Of a stretch of DNA of 64,000 bases, positions 9,718-18,939 are shown piece by piece (the first letter of the stretch is position 1; every line of letters starts with the position of its first letter). The notes beneath the pieces were generated by a model, which did not search any database, was not told the origin of the DNA, and worked only from the letters and a program-made list of their open reading frames with translations. The stretch lies in IMG/VR virus record IMGVR_UViG_3300036800_000376; one strand, written 5' to 3'. This DNA comes from an uncultured virus (IMG/VR IMGVR_UViG_3300036800_000376). Lineage: Duplodnaviria; Heunggongvirae; Uroviricota; Caudoviricetes. The position numbers and the translations under genes were made by a program.

Positions 9718-10107
9718 GTGATGACCGACCAAGAGAACGCATGGCACGCAGAAGCACTCGACGCCGCAGGCGACCCGCTCGGCGCGCCGCTCACTGACCC
9801 GGCTCAGGTCGTTGACCACCTGACCGCGCGGAGCCTGGCTCACAACATCCAGTACGCGCTGCTACGTGACGCTGGCGTCAAGGACACGGTGGCCGAAGCG
9901 CAGCAGCGTCCCCAGCAGCTCGTCCCGGATCCCTCCCAGGCCGTCCACCAGGCAATTCGCCACGCTTCTCTGTTCACGAGCGCCGAGACGCGAGCGCCGA
10001 TGGTCCGTGAGGGTCTGCGGGTCTGGGTTGAGCTGTACTACCCCGGTGATCGTGACCTCACCTCCCGGACGCAGACCGCGCTCGGCGAGCTCGGCGACGC
10101 GGCCTAG
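9718..10107 (+). CDS. hypothetical protein (start uncertain)
   Basis: ORF immediately after the promoter. Confidence 0.55.
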   Translation: MMTDQENAWHAEALDAAGDPLGAPLTDPAQVVDHLTARSLAHNIQYALLRDAGVKDTVAEAQQRPQQLVPDPSQAVHQAIRHASLFTSAETRAPMVREGLRVWVELYYPGDRDLTSRTQTALGELGDAA

Positions 10108-10912
10108 CCTCACGGGCATCACCGCAAGCACCGCGGTGATCGCCGGCGACCAGGTGGGCGCACTCCGCCCGCCGTTGGTGCGCGACGAGCTCGTTCCGTA
10201 ACGGCACGCCGATCTGCAGCACGATCACCGCGACCGCGGCGAGCACCACGAGCGGGAGGAGTAGGTCCCGCTCAGTCATCCCGCCGGTGCGGATCCGCAG
10301 CGGCTTGGGGAACAGCCAGACCCGTCGGTGGCTGGGCCACCACAGTCGAATTGGTGCGCGTGTGATCCCGTCGGCGAGCAGGTGCGAGAGATACCCGCAG
10401 GCGATGCACAGGATGACCAGCGGCATGACCTCGGGGGTGTGCGCGACGATCCACGAAACCACCGGAGTGGGGTCGAACCCGATCGGGTTCGCGTGTGTGA
10501 GCTTGGCGATCAGATCGATGAGGTAGCTGGCGCCTATGACCAGACCGCATCCGCCCGCCGCGTAGAGCGGAGCTGCCATCAACGCCCAGATCGCGGTGAA
10601 CGCGAGTGAGTGAGTCGCGCCGCGGTGCTCGAACACCGAGCGTGCGAACAATCCCACCAGCCGTGGAGGGATCGAGAGCAGCTGCCCGATCGCGACGACG
10701 ATCGTTTCTCTGCGGCCGCTCGCCGGCAGCAGCCCGTGCGTAACCAGACTCCGGGGGGTGTCGATGTCTGGCAGCACCCCGCCGAGCGTCCCTATCGCGA
10801 CACCGGCAGCGAGAGCGATGGGCGAAAGATCAAGCCCAACAGCTCGCGACACCGGCGGCGCCACGGCCGCCGTGATCAGCGCCCCGAACGCGTAATGCGT
10901 GCGCGCCTCCAC
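10058..10912 (-). CDS. metal-dependent membrane hydrolase (YdjM-like)
   Basis: RTH, LPDID, HRGATHS, GYLSHLLAD motifs with TM helices. Confidence 0.85.
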   Translation of the reverse strand: MEARTHYAFGALITAAVAPPVSRAVGLDLSPIALAAGVAIGTLGGVLPDIDTPRSLVTHGLLPASGRRETIVVAIGQLLSIPPRLVGLFARSVFEHRGATHSLAFTAIWALMAAPLYAAGGCGLVIGASYLIDLIAKLTHANPIGFDPTPVVSWIVAHTPEVMPLVILCIACGYLSHLLADGITRAPIRLWWPSHRRVWLFPKPLRIRTGGMTERDLLLPLVVLAAVAVIVLQIGVPLRNELVAHQRRAECAHLVAGDHRGACGDAREARPRRRARRARSASGR

Positions 10913-10941
10913 CGCTCAGAGCTCCAACGCGACCAGAGCGC

Positions 10942-11232
10942 TCACCGCCGGTCGGGGTCGAATAGCGCCCACGCGAACGCGAGCACGAACCCGATCAGCG
11001 AAAGCGCGGCCGCGTCCTGTCCTGACCACCGTGCGTAGACCTCGAGCGCCACGGCGGCCGCGGTAGCTCCGATCCACAAGCCCATGCCAGCCCAAACGCG
11101 ATAGCGCAGTGGGTGCCGACCGGGTGCGGTCGACGTAGCGTCGGACGGCGATTGGCGCGTAGCCCTACGCACCTCGCGCGCAGGCGCGGCAATGATCACG
11201 AGCACGACGAGCATCGTGGCGATGAGCGCCAT
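10942..11232 (-). CDS. small membrane protein
   Basis: Three hydrophobic segments; TGATG coupling to the upstream gene remnant. Confidence 0.6.
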   Translation of the reverse strand: MALIATMLVVLVIIAAPAREVRRATRQSPSDATSTAPGRHPLRYRVWAGMGLWIGATAAAVALEVYARWSGQDAAALSLIGFVLAFAWALFDPDRR

Positions 11233-11428
11233 CACCGGCCCGCTCCCCCAATGTCTGCGGTGTGCGGGTTGACCTCGACCTGGCCAAGCCCCGTCGGGAT
11301 GAGCGTTCGTACGCCGGCGCCGAGATACCCGCGGGTGACCCATCCTTCCCTGGCGAGCCGTCGGGCGTCCGCTCGAGCCTGATCCTCTCGGGGGGCGAGG
11401 CGGAATCCGAGGCGGGCGGCGTGCTCAG
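11232..11428 (-). pseudogene. 3' part of hypothetical gene interrupted by the IS
   Basis: Removing the IS restores ...REIVTL-AEHAARLGF...GGAGR* (216 codons with 12958-13408). Confidence 0.8.
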
Positions 11429-11499
11429 CTGATATGGAGAGCGTTTTGTCAAGGGGTGCGTCACAATTTTTCTCGCTTTCGCGGGTCGGGTCGTGGGGG

Positions 11500-11741
11500 C
11501 GTGTGGGCGGCTGGGTGGGTGGCGGTCCGGCTGCTGTGCGCGACGCGTGTCAGACTGATATACGCGGGTTTGGGGATGCCGCAGGACCATGGTTCGTCGT
11601 GGGGAGCCGCTGTCTAGTGTCGAGCGTGGCCAGCCGGTGTTGGGGGCGGGTTGCTCATAGCTGAATCGCGGGTTCCCCGCGCGTGCCGGGCCGCCACCGA
11701 CCCAGCCGACGGGATGTCAGCTGTTCTTGGTCGGGGGTCGC
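11500..11741 (-). ncRNA. putative bridge/seek RNA of the IS110 element (ends approximate)
   Basis: Holds matches to the target (TCAGCTA, CACGCT) and the donor junction (ATGGTC, ATATCAG). Confidence 0.65.
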
Positions 11742-12824
11742 TCACTCGATCTGGGTGATCGCCCACACGAACCCGGCGAGCTCCCGGGCGGCCGCGACCG
11801 CGATGATCGTCGGGCGCTTTCCACGCTGCTCGAGGCGGGTCCAGGTGCGGTGCAGTCGCTTCTGCGCGTTCCAGGAGACCGCGATCGCTTCTTGGGGCTG
11901 ATCTTGTTGGCGCTCGGTCAGGGTTTTGCCGAGGTTCGGTCGCGGGCGGTAGTGCCATGCCGCTTCAACGAGCAGCCGGCGGGCGTGAGCAGACCCGGTC
12001 TTGGTGATCGACCCGAGCCGGCGTTGCTGCCCGGTCGTTGACTCTGACGGGACCAGACCGACGTAACTCATCAGCTGCTCCGCCCGGGCGAACCGCTGGA
12101 AGTCGCCGACCTCGGCGCACAACCCGACCGCCGAGAGCGTGTCGACACCGCGCAGGCACCGCAACACGCCGACCTGCGAGTGCCACGGCGAGGCGGGGAG
12201 CATCGCCACGATCTGGCGTTCCAGCCCGTCACGGCGAACCGCGAGCGCGTCGATCGCGCCACGAACGTCGAGCAGGGTCGCTTGCGCCGCCGGCCACTCA
12301 AGCACGATCTCGCTCAGCCACGCGCGATGACGGTCGGTCCACGCGTGCCCGTCATCGAACCGGATCCCGTGCCTGAGCAGCAGCTTCGAGAGCCTATGCC
12401 GGCAGCGCATCAGATCCATCCGCACCCCCTCCCGGGCACGCACGAGATCCCGCAGCGCCTCCTCCTCCGCGCCCGGCACGCGGACCGCGTGCAGCTTCCC
12501 AGCCAGCAGCAGCCGGACCAGCAGCTCCGCGTCCCGACGATCGGTCTTCACCCGATCCCCTGACGCCCGCGGAATCTTCGACGGCGCCGCCACCACACAC
12601 TCCACTCGCCGCTTCACCAGCTCGCGAGCGAGCCCGTACCCCGTCGGACCAGCCTCATACGCGACCCGCACCGGCCGCGGCAACCCCGCGCAGAACGCCG
12701 CCGCCTGCTCCGTCTCGCCGCTCAGCCCGAAAAACGTGAGCTCGCCCGTCTCAGCATCCAGCACCGCCGCGACGACCTTCGCCGCGTGCACATCCAGGCC
12801 GACGAGGGTTCTAGCCTTCGCCAT
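11742..12824 (-). CDS. IS110-family transposase/recombinase
   Basis: VGLDVH, YEAGPTG, KTDRRDA, SYVGLVPSESTTG, GSITKTG, AAARELA. Confidence 0.97.
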   Translation of the reverse strand: MAKARTLVGLDVHAAKVVAAVLDAETGELTFFGLSGETEQAAAFCAGLPRPVRVAYEAGPTGYGLARELVKRRVECVVAAPSKIPRASGDRVKTDRRDAELLVRLLLAGKLHAVRVPGAEEEALRDLVRAREGVRMDLMRCRHRLSKLLLRHGIRFDDGHAWTDRHRAWLSEIVLEWPAAQATLLDVRGAIDALAVRRDGLERQIVAMLPASPWHSQVGVLRCLRGVDTLSAVGLCAEVGDFQRFARAEQLMSYVGLVPSESTTGQQRRLGSITKTGSAHARRLLVEAAWHYRPRPNLGKTLTERQQDQPQEAIAVSWNAQKRLHRTWTRLEQRGKRPTIIAVAAARELAGFVWAITQIE

Positions 12825-12957
12825 GGCTGGCTCCTCCTATTCGATTGTGGACCGGCAGCGCGGCTGCTACCGCGCGGCCTGAACATCCCCCACAACCGAC
12901 ATGGAGGAACCGGCCACTTCTACCGCTCCGACCGGACGGACCGACAATCCATATGGT

Positions 12958-13408
12958 CTAGCGTGACGATCTCACGGTCCCGGCCAGCGAGCATCGGCAG
13001 CTCCGGGGCGGGCGCGGTGAGCTTGCGCTGCTGCCAGAGCGCGAGCGCGAGCGCTCCGTCCTCGGTGAGCGTCAGCTCCCGCACGACGATCGGTTCCGCC
13101 GGCTGGGCGCGCCACACCAGCCCAGAGTCCGGGAGCCCACCAGCGAACACCCGCTCGTGCGTCGCATCGACCCACCCGTGACGCACGCAGGCAGCGAGCG
13201 TGACCCGCCGCGGGCGGATGTACCGGTAATCGATCGGACCCACCCGCGCCCTGTTCGCTTCTCGATCTTCCTCCTCGGTCCACAGCACCACCCTCGCCCG
13301 CCGCCGCGAGCTGCCGTCATCCCGCGGCCAGAACAGCGGATAGTCGGTGGCGTCGAACTCCTCGACGATCCTCAGCAGGGCGGCTTGAGCGTCAGATGGT
13401 GCTCTCAT
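12958..13408 (-). pseudogene. 5' part of the IS-interrupted hypothetical gene
   Basis: ATGA-coupled to the SNF2 gene; runs into the IS end. Confidence 0.8.
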
Positions 13409-15213
13409 GCGGCGAGCTTCCTTCGACGCTTCTTTTTCAGGACGGCCTCCGCGAGCTTCCTCATGCGGTCACTCACGTCGACGGCCTCGAAGAGCGGGCG
13501 GTCGGGCTCAACGATCGGACGGCTGCCCTGCTCTTTGATGTTCAGGACGTCAGCGACAACCGGGTCAGATCCGACATCGCTGACGAGCATGTAGGAAACG
13601 CTCGGGTTGGTTTGCCCGTCTCGGTGGTAGCGGCCTTCGGCTTGGTCGTGGATGCCTGGTGACCAGTCCAGCTCGCCGAACACCCCGACGCTGCAGACGT
13701 CTTGGAGGCCGTCGAGACCGGTGCCGGATCGCAGGCTCATGATCAGCACGCGGCTCTCAGCGGTCGCGTCAACGAACTCCGCATAGGTCCGCGTGTGCCA
13801 GCGGTGCCGAATCCCTTGGACGGCTTGCTGGAGCTCCTCGCCGCCGATGAATCGTGCGCGGCTGAGTTCTTTCTGCGTGGGGGATTCGGTGCCGGTAAAC
13901 ATCACCGGGTGGTGCTCGGCGAGCCGCGTGAGCCAGATTTCGTACACGTCGCGGTGCCAGCCGAAGAGCACGACTTTCTGTTCGCTCTCGAGCAGCATGT
14001 CCACGAACGCGGCGACGTAGGGCGCTTTCGCTACTCCAGTCGCGCGGCGCATCTGCATGTCGATCTCACCGCTCGCGGTGAAGACCTCCTGGCGATCGTG
14101 GGAGTGCAGGATCGTCTCGGCGAGCGCCGCCGCCCCGCCCTCCTCGAGGAGCCGGTCGAGCTCGCCCTCGTCAGCGTCGACGCGATGGGGGACGCGCACG
14201 ACCTCGGGGAGCTCGCGCCCGACCTCTTTGCGGGTGCGACGCAGGAAGATCCCCTCTGAGCGAAGGTGCGCGCCGAGCGCCTTGGGATCTTTCACGGCCA
14301 GCTTGTCTGACCATTGTGGGGCGCCCGCCCACTCGCGAGCGAACTCCGCTCGCGAGCCGAGTACGTCAGGCGCGATGATCGACAGCACGTTGTGGATCTC
14401 GCCGGCGTAGTTGTAGATCGGTGTTCCCGTCAGACCTAGGCGGACGTGTGCGAGGTCCGCGATCCGCCCGGCCGCCTTGTACTTATCTGACTCGGCGCGG
14501 CGGAGCTCCTGCGCCTCATCAAAGATGACCGTCTTTACCCGGCCGGCGAGGTGATCGACCCATCCGCGGAGCTTGTGGTAGTTGATGATGAGGATGTCCG
14601 GGTCATAACCCCGCATCTCCCGCCGGCGAGCAGGGTCGTACGGCGTCCCGGTGCGGATGATGTGCGCCCGCAACGTCGGCAGCGTCTTGGCGAGCTCCCG
14701 CATCCAGTGATGCGGCAGGTGCGTGGGGCACACCACCAATGCGGGGAGAAGATCAGGGTTCCGCAACACTAGGAGACCACTTAGCGTCTTTCCTAGGCCG
14801 AGCTCGTCCGCGAGTAGTAGCTGCCCGGTCGCGAGCGTGAGGTCGGCGGCGATGAGCTGATATTCGCGGGGCTCGCGGGATGGTGTCAGAGCGCCGGGTA
14901 GGTGCGGGCGATCGCCGCGGAGCAGAGATTCCACCAGGTCTTGCCGTTCCACATAGGCTGCTGTCGCCTCCTCGAGGTGGGTGCGGTCAGCGGTCGAGAT
15001 CTTCATCGGCCAGCGCTGCAGCACCCATTCCAGATCTCGTGCGACCTCGAGCGTGTGCTCGAGTGAGATCCACCCCGACCGGTTCTTATCCGCGCGAGGG
15101 AACAGCCGTTTGAGGCGCATCAGCACGTCAGGCGTAGCGATCACATCCCACACACCACGCTCAAAGGACAGGTCGTCAGGCGGCTTGAAGCGGATCTCGC
15201 CGTAGGTCTTCAA
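13405..15213 (-). CDS. SNF2-family helicase/ATPase
   Basis: LLADELGLGKT, IFDEAQ, GLTGTP, RRTRKEV, GTGLDGLQ, QAEGRYHRDGQ. Confidence 0.9.
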   Translation of the reverse strand: MKTYGEIRFKPPDDLSFERGVWDVIATPDVLMRLKRLFPRADKNRSGWISLEHTLEVARDLEWVLQRWPMKISTADRTHLEEATAAYVERQDLVESLLRGDRPHLPGALTPSREPREYQLIAADLTLATGQLLLADELGLGKTLSGLLVLRNPDLLPALVVCPTHLPHHWMRELAKTLPTLRAHIIRTGTPYDPARRREMRGYDPDILIINYHKLRGWVDHLAGRVKTVIFDEAQELRRAESDKYKAAGRIADLAHVRLGLTGTPIYNYAGEIHNVLSIIAPDVLGSRAEFAREWAGAPQWSDKLAVKDPKALGAHLRSEGIFLRRTRKEVGRELPEVVRVPHRVDADEGELDRLLEEGGAAALAETILHSHDRQEVFTASGEIDMQMRRATGVAKAPYVAAFVDMLLESEQKVVLFGWHRDVYEIWLTRLAEHHPVMFTGTESPTQKELSRARFIGGEELQQAVQGIRHRWHTRTYAEFVDATAESRVLIMSLRSGTGLDGLQDVCSVGVFGELDWSPGIHDQAEGRYHRDGQTNPSVSYMLVSDVGSDPVVADVLNIKEQGSRPIVEPDRPLFEAVDVSDRMRKLAEAVLKKKRRRKLAA

Positions 15214-15566
15214 AGCACCCCAACTGAGACGGTGCGGACTGGTTTGCCGGCGATCTCTCCCGGCAGCTGCAGGTGCCGTAGCCGGCTGGTGACCACGAGC
15301 ACCGCGTCGAGGCGATCGCTCTCCGCGTATCGGGTGACCTGGCGGCGTACAGCGGCCGAGCTCCCCCCCACCTTCACCTTCACCTCGATGCCGACGCGGT
15401 CGACGAGGAGGTCGACGCGGTTGCGCGAGTCGAGTCGAACCTCGCGCTCGACGGACAGCCCGCGGCTGCTGAGCGCGGCCGCGACACCCCGCTGCAGCTC
15501 GTCCTCGTCGGCATACCCGAACCGGTGCGCCCGGATGATGTCGACGAGCTGCTCGAGCGTCGTCAT
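15210..15566 (-). CDS. putative PD-(D/E)xK nuclease
   Basis: E...VEREV..RVDLLV..GIEVK...QVTRY. Confidence 0.65.
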   Translation of the reverse strand: MTTLEQLVDIIRAHRFGYADEDELQRGVAAALSSRGLSVEREVRLDSRNRVDLLVDRVGIEVKVKVGGSSAAVRRQVTRYAESDRLDAVLVVTSRLRHLQLPGEIAGKPVRTVSVGVL

Positions 15567-16189
15567 CACCGACCAGCCTCGATCTCGGCGGCGGCGTGCG
15601 GGACGAGCGAGCGTGGGGCCCACCCGGCTCGCTTAGCGCGCCGGTCTGCTCGAAGCTCGGCGTCAGCTACCGCGAGGGCGGTGCTCGTGTACGCGTCGAT
15701 CGCGGCGATGTCTGGGAGGTGCTTGGCTTGCCTGAGCTCGCCGGCGTGCTTCTCGACCGACATCGCCTTGTGCATCCGGATGATCTGCAGCGGGGTGCAC
15801 CACCAACCGTGCACGAGGACCGCGGTCGCGCGGCACTGCACCGCGGAGACCTCGGGATCCCGCACCGTCCAATCATCGAAGACGTGAACGCACACGCCGG
15901 CGATCACCCGTTCGAGGAACGCCGGGTCGTGGGGGTCGGGACGACGCACGGTCCACCCGCATCCGCCGGCGAGGATGTCGGCGAGCTCTGGGGCGGCGAA
16001 CACGTCGACGTCGCCGATGCGGTCGCGCAGCCCGTAGAGCAGCAGCACGGCTGACCCGAACAGCGCCCACGGTCTCGGTTGCTGCTCGAGCACGCCGGCG
16101 GCGGCCGCCGCGGCGTTGAGCTCGTCGCGCAGCAGGTCAAGGTCAGGCTCTCTATCCGTCGCTGTGGGCTGTAGCTGTAGGTCAGTCAC
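15566..16189 (-). CDS. putative Pol-beta-type nucleotidyltransferase
   Basis: LFGSAVL...GDVDVF; KH..DI tail. Confidence 0.6.
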   Translation of the reverse strand: MTDLQLQPTATDREPDLDLLRDELNAAAAAAGVLEQQPRPWALFGSAVLLLYGLRDRIGDVDVFAAPELADILAGGCGWTVRRPDPHDPAFLERVIAGVCVHVFDDWTVRDPEVSAVQCRATAVLVHGWWCTPLQIIRMHKAMSVEKHAGELRQAKHLPDIAAIDAYTSTALAVADAELRADRRAKRAGWAPRSLVPHAAAEIEAGR

Positions 16190-16823
16190 GGGTGAGCTCC
16201 GTGAGGCCTTGCCGGAACGCGGTGGCGCCGCCTCGCGCGGGATGGCGGACGTAAGGGACCCCGGGAAGTAGCCCGCTAGCGATCCGGCCGACCGCCACGA
16301 CCCGCGCCGGGGCGAGCGCGTCGACGAGCTCGGCGAGCAGCATTCGGCCTTGCTCGATCTCCCCAGCGGTGGGGGTTCGGTTGGATCGCGGCTGCCCGGG
16401 CTGGTGGGGGTGCGTGGGCACGGCGTTCCACCGGACCGTGCCCGCGTCTAGCCCGAGCTCGGCCAGGACGCGAGTGACGATCGTGGCGCTCGCCTCGCTA
16501 TATCCCGCCGGGTGGGTACTCGTGCGCCGCTCGGGCGGGAGCTGGCGCTCAGCGGTGAACGCGATGCCGCTGAACCGGCAGCCGAGGTGCCCGGGCGCCT
16601 CCCCCACCAGCAGCAGGCCACAGCCGCCGGCGCGGTCAGCCAGGTGCGCACGTAGGTTCGCTAACCGTTGCGCGGGCGCGCTAGGCCCGGCGTCGAGCCC
16701 GGGGATCCACTCGTGGTACTGATTGCAGGTCGAGCCGATCTCGACGTCGACCAGCCGCTCCAGGAAGCTCTCGAGCTCGCGGGGGAGCACTGTGTCTAGG
16801 GTGCGGGGCTCGGTGATCATCAC
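16182..16823 (-). CDS. uracil-DNA glycosylase superfamily protein
   Basis: LLVGEAPG..G..FSGIAFT, WNAVP, NRTPT, VAVGRIA, RHPA. Confidence 0.88.
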   Translation of the reverse strand: MMITEPRTLDTVLPRELESFLERLVDVEIGSTCNQYHEWIPGLDAGPSAPAQRLANLRAHLADRAGGCGLLLVGEAPGHLGCRFSGIAFTAERQLPPERRTSTHPAGYSEASATIVTRVLAELGLDAGTVRWNAVPTHPHQPGQPRSNRTPTAGEIEQGRMLLAELVDALAPARVVAVGRIASGLLPGVPYVRHPARGGATAFRQGLTELTRD

Positions 16824-17896
16824 GTCTTGCGGCGCCAGTCCTCGCCGGTGACCGGAGTGGGTCGCGAGAGGTCGTGTAGGCGTGATGCGACGCGATCACC
16901 AAACGCGCGGTCCCACTGGGCAACGGGGATGTTGCTCGCACCGATGATCGGGAGGCTGCGTCTGTGGCGACGATCGACGAGGGCTTGCAGCTCGTTACGA
17001 CCCCACTGTCCGAGCGCGTCAGCGCCGAGGTCATCGAGTGCGAGCAGCGGGACGGAGGCCGCGCGATCGAACACGGGACGCACGGGCTCTTTGGTCTCCA
17101 TGTTGCGCTTGGCTTCCTCGAGCAGGTCGCTCACGGTCAGGTACCAGACGTCGGCTTCGTGGCGCTCGATCAGCAGCACGAGCGCGGCGGTGATGAGGTG
17201 TGTCTTCCCGCGACCGGGTGGCCCCACGAGCATCGGCGGCCGCGGGCAATTGGGCGTTCCCCATCGGGCGGCCACAGCGGCGATTTGCTTGAGAGCTGCC
17301 TGGTTGCCGGGGGTAGGAACGACGCTGACCCCCACGAAGCGCTCTGGCAGGCAGGCTCTCTGGCTCTTGACCTGGCGGCGGTAGTCGCGATCGAACTTCA
17401 CTCGCGGCACCCCGAACCCGAACCGGCACGGCTCGTAGTCGCACTCCACGATCCACTGCTCCCCCGTGCGCTCGATGAACCGCAGCATCCCCGGACACCC
17501 CGACTCGTCCCATTCAGCGTGCGGCTTGAATGGGGGGTGCTCATCATCGCCGCTGCCTACGGCCCTCAGCCAACCAGGCTCGGGCGTGATCCGGAACGCG
17601 TTCCGATTCCGTTTCGGCTTTGGCGGCTCGTTGGCGTCATCCGGTGCCGGATCAGGCTCGTTGGCGTCATCCGGTGCCGGATCAGGCTCGCTGGCCGTAT
17701 CGGGTTCGTGATCGGTTGGGGGGGTCGCCTCGGACTTACCTGGCCGGTTTTCCTTGAGCACATCCGCGATCCCGCGGAACGCGCGGCGGCGGCTGTAGGG
17801 GCGCGGCTCGCGCTCGAGCTCGCGATCGGACCCAGGCTCACGGTCGGGATCGGGGTCAGGCTCAGGGTTCGCGGGCATCGTGTTCTCCTCGCTCAT
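16820..17896 (-). CDS. DnaC/IstB-like AAA+ ATPase
   Basis: GPPGRGKT, LALDDLG, LVDRRH..LPIIGASN, DRVASRL, GEDWR. Confidence 0.85.
   Translation of the reverse strand: MSEENTMPANPEPDPDPDREPGSDRELEREPRPYSRRRAFRGIADVLKENRPGKSEATPPTDHEPDTASEPDPAPDDANEPDPAPDDANEPPKPKRNRNAFRITPEPGWLRAVGSGDDEHPPFKPHAEWDESGCPGMLRFIERTGEQWIVECDYEPCRFGFGVPRVKFDRDYRRQVKSQRACLPERFVGVSVVPTPGNQAALKQIAAVAARWGTPNCPRPPMLVGPPGRGKTHLITAALVLLIERHEADVWYLTVSDLLEEAKRNMETKEPVRPVFDRAASVPLLALDDLGADALGQWGRNELQALVDRRHRRSLPIIGASNIPVAQWDRAFGDRVASRLHDLSRPTPVTGEDWRRKT
17625..17690. repeat. 30-bp tandem repeat x2.2 (EPDPAPDDAN)
   Basis: ggctcgttggcgtcatccggtgccggatca repeated exactly. Confidence 0.9.
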
Positions 17897-18939
17897 TTCG
17901 CGCTCTCCACCGGCGTCGCAACGACAGGTCGCCCGAGCCTGCGGGCCTCGTCCAGGTATCCGCCAGCGATCGCGACGACCTCTAGGAGCCCCAGGGACCC
18001 GACGAACCGCTCGATCACCCGCTCATCTGCGCTTCCGCAGTCCAGGAGCACCCGGTGGCCATCACGAACCGTGAGCACCACCCGCCGCGTACCGCCCTGC
18101 GCCGTGTCGTATCGACCCACGACCTCAGACAGCAGGCGTCTCGGCGCTGCCCGCCGTCTCGGCACTGCCCGCCTCGGCGCTGGCTGACATGAGGGGCGCT
18201 CGCGCGGCACAGCGAGCAAGGGCGCGCTCAGGCCCTCCGAGATGCTGGCCAGGAGATCGGCGATATGCGGATCGGCTGCCGCTCGAGCGAGGATCGTCCG
18301 ATCGGCGCTCAGCACCGTGGCGTGTGTGCGACCGAACGCCTTCCCGATGTTGGTCAGGCTGTATCCCTCGCGGCGTAGAGCAGCCATCACAAGCTGTCGC
18401 GCCAGCACTACCGATGCCCGGCGGTCGCGGTCAAACAGGCACTCCGGGGAGATGCGCAGCTCGCCAGCTGCACGGGCGGCGAGGACCGCAGCGGCCTCCT
18501 GGAGGCTCACTCTAAGCACCACCCGTCGCGTCCTGCCGTCCCTTGTGCGATCTCGACCCGTAACCTCAGACAGCAGGCGGCTCGGCACCGTCTGCTGCGA
18601 TAACGCGGGCTGGCCCGAGTGCTCGAGCGGCTCGGCGCCGGCGGGCACCTGGTCGTTCAGACCTTCCGCGATCCTGGTGAGAAGGTCAGCGAGGTGCTGA
18701 TCGGCGGCCGCTCGCGCGAGGATCATGCGATCGGCGTGCAGCACCGTGGCGTGGGAGCGACCGAACGCCTCCCCGATCTCGGTCAGGCTGTATCCCTGCC
18801 GACGCAGCACGGCCATCGTGACCTGGCGAGCGAGCACCACCCGTCCTCGCCGATCGCGGTCAAACAGGCACTCCGGGGAGACGCGCAGTTCCCCGGCCGC
18901 ACGGGCGGCGAGCACCGCTGCTGCCTCCTGGACAATCAC
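17893..18939 (-). CDS. protein with two tandem DnaA C-terminal (domain IV) HTH domains
   Basis: VLARQ..MA.LRR.GYSLT.IG.AFGR.HATVL.A occurs twice, with a 429-bp period. Confidence 0.8.
   Translation of the reverse strand: MIVQEAAAVLAARAAGELRVSPECLFDRDRRGRVVLARQVTMAVLRRQGYSLTEIGEAFGRSHATVLHADRMILARAAADQHLADLLTRIAEGLNDQVPAGAEPLEHSGQPALSQQTVPSRLLSEVTGRDRTRDGRTRRVVLRVSLQEAAAVLAARAAGELRISPECLFDRDRRASVVLARQLVMAALRREGYSLTNIGKAFGRTHATVLSADRTILARAAADPHIADLLASISEGLSAPLLAVPRERPSCQPAPRRAVPRRRAAPRRLLSEVVGRYDTAQGGTRRVVLTVRDGHRVLLDCGSADERVIERFVGSLGLLEVVAIAGGYLDEARRLGRPVVATPVESAK

Larger units (their letters stand above)
11429..12957 (-). mobile_element. IS110-family insertion sequence (IS1111-like), 1529 bp
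   Basis: Shared 2-bp core (CT on + strand at 11429-30 and 12958-59); subterminal IR ATATGGA/TCCATAT; long 3' non-coding end; TTGACA 18 nt from the end; excision restores the host ORF. Confidence 0.9.

Noticed and set aside
16820..17896. IS21 element (IstB)
   Set aside because: No IstA transposase or terminal inverted repeats; context fits a DnaC-like replication gene
16964..18187. Long plus-strand ORFs such as the 407-aa one, also 60757-62064 and 56897-58057
   Set aside because: Shadow frames of better-supported genes in high-GC DNA; Arg/Pro-rich with no motifs
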